Assembly: GCA_019244185.1 (NCBI GenBank)
Contig: JAFATB010000014.1
Location: 96,001 to 160,000 of the forward strand
Reading direction: 5' to 3'
Length of the DNA: 64,000 bases
Source: Acidobacteriota bacterium
Lineage (GTDB): Bacteria; Acidobacteriota; Thermoanaerobaculia; Gp7-AA8
Shown one piece after another: positions 57,096 through 64,000 of this stretch (the stretch's first letter is position 1; the number at the start of each line of letters is the position of its first letter). The notes beneath the pieces were generated by a model. The model saw only the letters and a list, made by a program, of their open reading frames with translations. It was not told the DNA's origin and did no database searches. A program made the position numbers and the translations under genes.

Positions 57096-60000
57096 TTACA
57101 GGTGCGGCGCGTCCGCCATCACGCGCGTGAGCCACAAATTGGTCAGCTTCTCGAGCACAGTGTTCTGCCGCAGCCGCGCGCGCAGGTTCACGAAGTCGAC
57201 GTGATCGAGCTCCTGATCCTGGTTGAAGCAGCTGAAGACGAACGATTCCTTGCCCGTGACCGGATCGACGTGGCGCTGCAGGCACTGCGCGCAGACTTGC
57301 TTCATCATGCATTGCATCGGCGAGTTGATCGAGCCGATGCCGACGTGCGCGGCGTCGAGGAACGGCGCGAGCGCGTGGTGACGCGCGTCTTTCACCGCGC
57401 GCATCATGCCGTCGGAGCCGATGGCGATGAGGCGCCGCGCGTCGCGCAGGTCGAACATGCGCGGTTGCGAGGCGTACCAGAGCATCGACTGCACGATGTT
57501 GCCGACGAAGCCGAGGTCCTGCTCGCGGCGCGGCTCGATCGGTTCGCCCGCGTCGACGGACCAGATCACCTGATCGGTGCCGGCCTCGATCTCGTCGCGC
57601 TTGAACACGTCGGCGGCTTTCTTGTAGCCGGCGAAGTAGACGACGCGGCAGTTGTTGTCCTTGAGAGCGCGCGCGATCGAGAAGAGCACCGCGTTGCCGA
57701 GGCCGCCGCCGGCGAGGAGCACGGTCTCGTTGGACGGAATCTCGGTCGGCGTGCCGGTCGGTCCCATCAGCACCACCGGTTCGTCTTTCTTCAGGAGCGC
57801 GCACAAACGCGACGAGCCGCCCATCTCGAGCACGATCACGGAGAGCAGTCCGCGCTGGGGATCGGTCGACGCGCCGGTGAGCGCGATGCCTTCCATCGCC
57901 AGCGACGAGCCGCCGGCGCGCGGCGCGAGCGCCTCGAAGTTCTGCAGCCGGAAAAACTGGCCGGGCTGGAAGTGACGAGCGGCGAACGGCGCGCGCACGA
58001 CCACTTCGACGATCGTCGGCGTGAGGCGATTGACCTCGTGCACACGCGCGACGAGGCCGTCGTCGAGCGTGGCCACGAGCTCGCGCCACCGCGCGTCGCG
58101 CGCGCGCTGCGCATCGACAGAACGATCCATCGTCAGCAGCTCGTGCGCGAAGACGGAGACGACGCGTGGATATCCATCTTTCGCCGAGGCCATGGCCTTC
58201 ACGACGTTGCCCGCGTACGTCGGATGGTTGTCGCCGTAGAAGCTGATGAGCTTCTCGCGCCGCGACGGATGCTGGTACGACGTGAAGAAGCCGCGCTCGC
58301 GCGCCGCCTCGTCGTCCTGAATGAGCTCGAGCCCGTCGCCGAGCGCGTGCGACTGGAAGAACTGCTTCCACTGGTCGAGCTTGAACGTGCCCGGATGTTC
58401 TTTCTCGTAGATGACGTTCGGGCTCGTGCCCGCCGCGATCATGACCGTCCGCGCCGGAAGCTCGACGATCGTGCCGGAGTCTTTCCAGCGGCCGTCTTCG
58501 ACGATCTGCTTTTCGAAGAGCAACGATTGCACGTGGCCGTACGCGTCGGAGACCGCCTCGACCGGCGAGAGCATCTCCGCGTACGCGATGCCTTCCTCGA
58601 ACGCTTTGTCGATCTCCTCGTAGTTGAGGCGATACGCCGGCGAGTCGAGCATCGACTTGCGGTACGCGATCGTGACGCCGCCCCAGCCGCGCACGAGCGG
58701 AATGAAGTCCGGCAACTCGTTCGCGGCCGCCGCGCGCGCGCGTTCGTCCCGCACCGCCCGCCCATGCCCGAGGAATTCGTCGAGCACCGCGAGCTCCTCG
58801 GCGTCGTATCCCGCGCGCACGTGCTCCTCGCCGAACTCCGCGCACATCGTCTCGAAACGCTCGAGCACTTTCTCGACCTGCACCGGGTAGTACGCGAAGA
58901 GCTCCGTGGCCGTGTCGATGGCGGTGAGGCCGCCGCCGATCACGATCGCCGGCAGGCGCACCTGCAGATTGGCGAGCGAGTTTTTCTTGAATGCGCCGGT
59001 GAGCTGCAGCGCCATCAGAAAGTCCGACGCCTGGCGCATGCCGCGCACGAGGTTGTTCTTCATCCGCACGATCGTCGGCGTGCCCGCGCCGGCGGCGATG
59101 GCGATGTGATCGAAGCCGAGCGTGTCGAACGCGTCCTCGATGGTGAGCGTCCCGCCGAAACGCACGCCGCCGTAGACGCGCAGGTTCTGTTTGCGCTCGA
59201 GCGCGATGCGGATGACTTTCAGGAAGTTCTTGTCCCAGCGCACGGTGATGCCGTACTCCGATACGCCGCCGAAGCCGGCGAGGATGCGGTCGTCGAGCGC
59301 GTCCCACAATGTGCGCGCGTCGCGGATCGGCCCGCGCAGCAGCGCCTCGTCGAGCGGCTCGATCTTGAGACCGTCGATGGCCACGACGCCGAAGCCTTCG
59401 TTCGCGAGGTAGTGCGCGAGCGTGTAGCCGGCCGGCCCGAGGCCGACGACGAGAACGTTCTTGCCGTTGTACGGCAGCGCGAGCGGACGCCGCACGTCGA
59501 GCGGATTCCACAGCGTCAGCAGCGCGTAGATCTCGAAGCCCCACGGCAGAAAGAGGACGTCGGTGAGGACGCCCGTCTCGACCTGCGGGATGTTCACCGG
59601 GTCCTGCTTCTGGAAGATGCAGGAGCGCATGCAGTCGTTGCAGATGCGATGGCCCGTGCCGGGGCACATCGGGTTGTCGATCATGACGATCGCCAGCGCG
59701 CCGATGGCGTCGCCTTCGGCGCGGAGGAAGTTCATCTCGCCGATCTTCTCGTCGAGCGGACAGCCTTCGAGCGCCATGCCGAGCGGGTTCGGTTTGTACG
59801 TGCCGTTCGGCTGTTCGAAGCCGTGCGAGCAGGAGTCTTTCTTCCGCTCGTGGCAGTAGATGCAGTAGTTCGCCTCGTCCGCGATCTCGCGCGGCGTCAT
59901 GCGCGCGTCGGTGAGCCCGAAGCCGTCGCGGCGGCGGAAGTGATGCGCGTCGCCGCCGAAGCGCACGTCGTCGACCGCTTCGGTGTCGACGAGCTTGTCG

Positions 60001-60668
60001 AAGACGAGCGGCTGCGGCAGGCGGAAGGACGTCCAGCCGTCGAAGCGGCCTGCCTTCCACTGCGCGGCCGTCCAGTGTGCGAAGGCGTCGACGAGCGCGT
60101 GCAGCGCGGCGGCGTCGAACGGCTCCGGCGCGCCGATGCGAGTACCCAGTTCCGCGAGCGCCGCGCGTGCGTCGTCCGTCGGCGCGAGCTCTTTCGCGCC
60201 GCGCGGGAACTCCTTCTCCAGATCGAGCAGACGATTCGCGGCCAGCGCGAGCGCGAGCTCTGGATCGTCGCTCGGATCGCCGAGGAGCGGCACCGGATCG
60301 AATGCGGCGCCGCTCGGATTCTGAATCTTCGCGACGCGCTTCGTGACGAATTCGCGTTTGAAGCGCGCGACCTCGTTGTCGCGCCGCGCTCGGTCGCGCA
60401 GCGCCTGAGCGTCCTCGCCGATCGCGAAGAGTCTCGTGAGAAATGCGCCGAGGTAGCGGCCGGTCGCGATCAGCAGCGCGGAGGCGTCGGGCGCGGAGAG
60501 GCCGCCGTGCGCGATGCCGTTCTGCATGGCCAGGCGATACGCGTCGAAGCGGCGAAAGAGCTCCGCGTCCTGCTCTTCGACGAAGCGGTCGAACGCGAGC
60601 GCGAGGTCGGCGCGGCGTTCGTGGGAGGCGAGATCTTCGTAAGTGAATCCTGCGATGCCGAGGTTCAT
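57096..60668 (-). CDS. Fused GltD/NfnB-like plus PyrK/NfnA-like Fe-S flavoprotein oxidoreductase (1190 aa)
   Basis: Fe-S motifs YCIYC...C, GCP, CPGTGHRICNDCMRSC; FAD VVGLGPAG; NAD(P) VIGGGLTAID; FNR-like PGQFFRL, GPTG, AGGGLG; C-terminal MQCMMKQVCAQC. Confidence 0.85.
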   Translation of the reverse strand: MNLGIAGFTYEDLASHERRADLALAFDRFVEEQDAELFRRFDAYRLAMQNGIAHGGLSAPDASALLIATGRYLGAFLTRLFAIGEDAQALRDRARRDNEVARFKREFVTKRVAKIQNPSGAAFDPVPLLGDPSDDPELALALAANRLLDLEKEFPRGAKELAPTDDARAALAELGTRIGAPEPFDAAALHALVDAFAHWTAAQWKAGRFDGWTSFRLPQPLVFDKLVDTEAVDDVRFGGDAHHFRRRDGFGLTDARMTPREIADEANYCIYCHERKKDSCSHGFEQPNGTYKPNPLGMALEGCPLDEKIGEMNFLRAEGDAIGALAIVMIDNPMCPGTGHRICNDCMRSCIFQKQDPVNIPQVETGVLTDVLFLPWGFEIYALLTLWNPLDVRRPLALPYNGKNVLVVGLGPAGYTLAHYLANEGFGVVAIDGLKIEPLDEALLRGPIRDARTLWDALDDRILAGFGGVSEYGITVRWDKNFLKVIRIALERKQNLRVYGGVRFGGTLTIEDAFDTLGFDHIAIAAGAGTPTIVRMKNNLVRGMRQASDFLMALQLTGAFKKNSLANLQVRLPAIVIGGGLTAIDTATELFAYYPVQVEKVLERFETMCAEFGEEHVRAGYDAEELAVLDEFLGHGRAVRDERARAAAANELPDFIPLVRGWGGVTIAYRKSMLDSPAYRLNYEEIDKAFEEGIAYAEMLSPVEAVSDAYGHVQSLLFEKQIVEDGRWKDSGTIVELPARTVMIAAGTSPNVIYEKEHPGTFKLDQWKQFFQSHALGDGLELIQDDEAARERGFFTSYQHPSRREKLISFYGDNHPTYAGNVVKAMASAKDGYPRVVSVFAHELLTMDRSVDAQRARDARWRELVATLDDGLVARVHEVNRLTPTIVEVVVRAPFAARHFQPGQFFRLQNFEALAPRAGGSSLAMEGIALTGASTDPQRGLLSVIVLEMGGSSRLCALLKKDEPVVLMGPTGTPTEIPSNETVLLAGGGLGNAVLFSIARALKDNNCRVVYFAGYKKAADVFKRDEIEAGTDQVIWSVDAGEPIEPRREQDLGFVGNIVQSMLWYASQPRMFDLRDARRLIAIGSDGMMRAVKDARHHALAPFLDAAHVGIGSINSPMQCMMKQVCAQCLQRHVDPVTGKESFVFSCFNQDQELDHVDFVNLRARLRQNTVLEKLTNLWLTRVMADAPHL

Positions 60669-61123
60669 TTGCGTTTGATGTAGACGACTTTCTCGATCGA
60701 GGCGTGCGGAACGCCGTCGGCGTCGACGAGGTCGACATTGTAGATTCGGTCGACGGACTGCCCGTCCGCCGTGGCGGCGCGGATCGCGTCGAGCTCCGCC
60801 TCGTCGATGCGGAACGTGGCGTACAGCGTCGTGCGGCCAGGCTTGCGAAACCGGATCGAGGCCGCTTTATCCCAAACGATGAACTCCGGCCCGAGATTCT
60901 TCATCAGCAGGAGCATGTAGACGGGGTCGACCGCGCCGTACAGCGAGCCGCCGAAGATCGTGCCGACGACGTTGCGCGAGCGCCACGACAGCGGCAGCTT
61001 CACGCGCAGCTCGCGAAAGTCGCTCGCGACGTACGCCACGCGCGCGCCGGTGCCGCGATACGCCGGCACGAGGTTGAACATCCATCGCATCCGCCTCGAC
61101 GCCCACGACTCAGGCATGCTCAT
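60665..61123 (-). CDS. DUF4442/YiiD-like hotdog-fold thioesterase
   Basis: RNVVGTIFGGSLY..VDP and VWDKAASIRFRKPG. Confidence 0.85.
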   Translation of the reverse strand: MSMPESWASRRMRWMFNLVPAYRGTGARVAYVASDFRELRVKLPLSWRSRNVVGTIFGGSLYGAVDPVYMLLLMKNLGPEFIVWDKAASIRFRKPGRTTLYATFRIDEAELDAIRAATADGQSVDRIYNVDLVDADGVPHASIEKVVYIKRK

Positions 61124-64000
61124 TCCTCGGCGCGCCGTCGCGCGATGCAGCGAGCCACGCCGCGGCCGCCGCGGCGATGACGAGCAGCGCGACGCCGTTG
61201 GCCATGAGATCGGCGCGCTGGTTCTGCAGCAGCAGCGCCGCGCCGGAGAGCGTGCTGCCGAGGAAGAACGCGAGAGGCCACGCGAGCGGATTCGCGGCCA
61301 GGACGTAGCGCGCGATGATCCACACCAGCGCCGCGAGCACGAGCGCGTGCGCCAGCATCACCGGCGCCTGCGCGCTCGTCACGAGCGGATCGACCGCCGC
61401 GCAGAAGACCGACACGAGCGTGATGACCGCGGTGTATCGCCGCGCCGTGTGCGTGAAGAGTGCGACCGCCGCCGAGCCCGCGAGCGCGAGCAGCGCTGCG
61501 CGCGCGAGGATGAGCAGCGCCGGCAGCGGCAGCCCGAGTTCGTCGGGAACGCTGAAGTCGACCGAGGCCGCGGCGGGGAACGCGTGTGCGATCGCGCGCG
61601 AGACGACTTCGACGAGGACCATGATCGACAACGCGGTCAGCGCCGCCACGACGGCGCTGCGCCCGAAGCGCGCGCGCCCTTCGCGCGTGAAGAGGCTGAG
61701 CGCGTACGGCGCGACCGCTTCGATGCCGGCGATGGCCAGGAAGATGAGGCCGAGCTGCTTCGCGACGGAGATCACGACGTCCGTCGCCAGCGCCACGCGG
61801 AACGTTGGCCACGCGACGCTCGTGCTGTAGCCGAAGAGCATCTGCTCGTAGCCGGCGAACGTCGTCGCGATCGGCACGATCGCGGCGATGGCCGTCCAGC
61901 GCAGCGCGCGCCGCCACGGCAGGCCGTGTTTGCGCGACGCGGTGACGAGTCCGGCGATGACGAGCGCGAGGATCGCGATCGCGCCGGCGAGCTTCATCGC
62001 GAACAGCACGACGTTGAGCAGCGTGCGCGTCGTGGCCTCGCGATAGACGCTGTCGGGCACGTGGATGTGCTTGTTGAACTGCGTCACCTGCGCGCCTGCG
62101 ACGCGCACGGAGACGCGGCGGAACGCCTGCGCCGCGATCGGCGTGCGCTCCTCGAAGTGAAAGAGCCAGTCGCGCCGCGCCGGCTGCTGGAAGCTGAGCG
62201 CTTCCTTCAAGACGAACGCGCGCGGATCGAGGCCGTACGTTACGAACGCGCGCTCCGCCAGCGCGAGCGCGAGCGGCTGCGGCAACTGCGCGCCGGGCGC
62301 GCGCTCGTCCTGATAGCGATGATGGCCGATGGCGCGGCCGATGCGCGGATCGACCTCGACGAACCACTCGTCCTTCTGCATCGGCGTGAAGAAGCGCACC
62401 ACCCAGTTCGCCGCTTCGATGCGATAGCGGAAGACGTTGACCAGCTGACGCGCGCTCAGTCCGTGCTGAACGAGATACGTGGCGGCGATCGAGTCGAAGT
62501 CGCCGGGCACGCCGCCTTCCTCGCGCGACGAGCCCGGATCCCATGACCGGAAGCCTTCGACAGGCGTGGCGATGATCCGCTTCGGTAGCGGTCCCGGCGC
62601 GAGCCGCCGCAGATGCGCGGTGGCGATGTCTTTCGCGGTCTGCTCCGAGATGCGGTAGTCGATCGCGTCGTCGGGTGTCGGGGTGGCGAACGCAAACGCG
62701 ACGGCCGCCGCGATGACGACGACGATGCAGAGCACGAGTCGCAGGCGCGTCACGCGCACCGCCGGCGGGAACGGTGCCGCCGCCACGCTCGCTTCCACCA
62801 CCTCGGCCGCGGCCGGCGGATGCAGCGGCAGCGTGTCGTTCGAAAGGTCGTCGTCCGGCGCGAATCCGCCGTTGCGCACGTAGCGCGCGATCGACAGCAG
62901 CAGCGGAATCGCGAAGACGAGACTGGCCAGCGCCGCCGACGCGATGTAGTACGCGTTGCCGCTGGCGAAGAGCAGCGTCGCCGTGTACACCGCGTCGATG
63001 GTGTAGTGCCAGATCAGCAGCGGCAGCAGGCCGAATCGGCTGAAGAGAAATCCCGCCGCGACGCCGGCCATGCCCACTTCGACGCCGCGAATCCAGAACG
63101 GCTGATTCGGATACGTCGCGTGGCCGAAGCCCCAGATGAAGCCCGCCAGGACGATGGCGGCGACGCGCGAGCGCATCAGCTTCTCCAAGAACGGGATCGA
63201 GAACGCGCGCGACAGAAACTCCTCGGATAACGCCGGGAAGAATCCCGCGAAGACGACTGCGAGCCACGGCACGGCGCTGTTGAGAAGGTCGTCGTACGGC
63301 ACTTCCGCCGGCGCCCACGCGCCGTACTTTTGCGCGACGACGTAGAAGATGACTTGATATGCAACGAAAATCGCGACGAGCGCGTAGCCGAGGACGAGCG
63401 AGCGGAAGACCCGCTTCGAATCGAGCGCTTTCCACGTGCCGAGGCGCGGGATCGCGAGCTGCCGCGGCTGCCGCTCGCGGTACAGCACTTCGCCCGCGCC
63501 GCAGATGACGATCAGGAACATCGCCGTTCCGATGCTCGGCATCACGACGTCGAGCAGCACGAGGTTCCCGACGAAGCCGGCGAACGATTCCGTGGTCTCG
63601 TAGTCGGCGAGCCGCGACGGCAGCGAGTTGAGCGCGGAGCCGCCGACGAGCACGATCGCGGCCACGCCGATGCCGAGGAGGAACTTGAGGCGCAGATCGC
63701 CGCGGCGCAGGCGCGCGATGAAGACGACCACCGCGGCGATGAGCGTCGCGGCGATGAACACGAGGTCGACCGAGCCGGCCGCGCCGTTCTTCGAGCGCAG
63801 CTCGCGGTACGAGCGCAGCCACGCGTCGGGCACTTTCACGCGCTGCGCGTAACCGGTGACGAGGTCGCCGTCGACGGTGACGGTGTGGCGGTACGCGGCG
63901 TTCGCGGGCCGCGTTCCGATCGACTCGAACGTGAAGATCCGCTGCACGCGATGCGGCAGATCGCGCCGGCTCTGCTCGATGAGCCGCAGCGCCGCGGGAT
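61110..64000 (-). CDS. Large CPBP (Abi/Rce1-type) intramembrane protease, 5'-truncated by the window edge
   Basis: EEFLSR, FGH and WHYTID motifs; many TMs; reading frame stays open to 64000. Confidence 0.85.
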   Translation of the reverse strand, partial: PAALRLIEQSRRDLPHRVQRIFTFESIGTRPANAAYRHTVTVDGDLVTGYAQRVKVPDAWLRSYRELRSKNGAAGSVDLVFIAATLIAAVVVFIARLRRGDLRLKFLLGIGVAAIVLVGGSALNSLPSRLADYETTESFAGFVGNLVLLDVVMPSIGTAMFLIVICGAGEVLYRERQPRQLAIPRLGTWKALDSKRVFRSLVLGYALVAIFVAYQVIFYVVAQKYGAWAPAEVPYDDLLNSAVPWLAVVFAGFFPALSEEFLSRAFSIPFLEKLMRSRVAAIVLAGFIWGFGHATYPNQPFWIRGVEVGMAGVAAGFLFSRFGLLPLLIWHYTIDAVYTATLLFASGNAYYIASAALASLVFAIPLLLSIARYVRNGGFAPDDDLSNDTLPLHPPAAAEVVEASVAAAPFPPAVRVTRLRLVLCIVVVIAAAVAFAFATPTPDDAIDYRISEQTAKDIATAHLRRLAPGPLPKRIIATPVEGFRSWDPGSSREEGGVPGDFDSIAATYLVQHGLSARQLVNVFRYRIEAANWVVRFFTPMQKDEWFVEVDPRIGRAIGHHRYQDERAPGAQLPQPLALALAERAFVTYGLDPRAFVLKEALSFQQPARRDWLFHFEERTPIAAQAFRRVSVRVAGAQVTQFNKHIHVPDSVYREATTRTLLNVVLFAMKLAGAIAILALVIAGLVTASRKHGLPWRRALRWTAIAAIVPIATTFAGYEQMLFGYSTSVAWPTFRVALATDVVISVAKQLGLIFLAIAGIEAVAPYALSLFTREGRARFGRSAVVAALTALSIMVLVEVVSRAIAHAFPAAASVDFSVPDELGLPLPALLILARAALLALAGSAAVALFTHTARRYTAVITLVSVFCAAVDPLVTSAQAPVMLAHALVLAALVWIIARYVLAANPLAWPLAFFLGSTLSGAALLLQNQRADLMANGVALLVIAAAAAAWLAASRDGAPRNEHA

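Noticed and set aside
1-64000. Many long alternative-frame and antisense ORFs in the track (e.g. 23490-26639 minus, 56127-60683 plus, 56740-60738 minus)
   Set aside because: Arg/Ala-rich shadows of real genes caused by stop-codon scarcity at high GC; they have no motifs and overlap well-supported CDSs.
1-64000. tRNA, rRNA, IS elements, integrases, prophage genes
   Set aside because: No supporting motifs or terminal repeats seen by eye; a tRNAscan/ISEScan run would be needed to exclude them formally.

Overview
Gene-dense, very GC-rich bacterial chromosomal segment. The gene families (secreted vWA proteins, TPR-CHAT and TPR-kinase proteins, ECF sigma/anti-sigma pair) suggest Acidobacteriota, possibly Thermoanaerobaculia; this is inference only. 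About 47 plausible CDSs; no rRNA, tRNA, CRISPR array, integrase or transposase seen. Best candidate for an undescribed system: a translationally coupled operon at 6-7244, probably continuing off the left edge. It encodes a ZorA/ZorB-like (MotA/MotB-type) ion-motor pair without recognisable ZorC/D/E, plus a 974-aa actin/Hsp70-fold ATPase, a membrane-anchored coiled-coil protein, a MIDAS-vWA lipoprotein and two membrane microproteins. Second candidate: a cluster at 10026-26753 with three signal-peptide-bearing clan CD proteases (two caspase-like, one TPR-CHAT) divergent from an ECF sigma factor, anti-sigma factor, vWA protein and TPR Ser/Thr kinase. Third: an unannotated sigma54-type transcription unit at 37012-37267 (minus strand) encoding a 42-aa peptide and/or structured RNA. 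The rest includes a putative lipid-modification operon, LigC plus Prim-PolC, a double hybrid histidine kinase, a PaoABC-XdhC-MocA molybdoenzyme operon, a DUF433/PIN toxin-antitoxin pair, a subtilase, a fused GltD/PyrK-type (Nfn-like) oxidoreductase and a large CPBP protease cut by the right edge. At least six genes look leaderless (TAnnnT-N6-start). All family calls come from reading motifs by eye; no database search was run.
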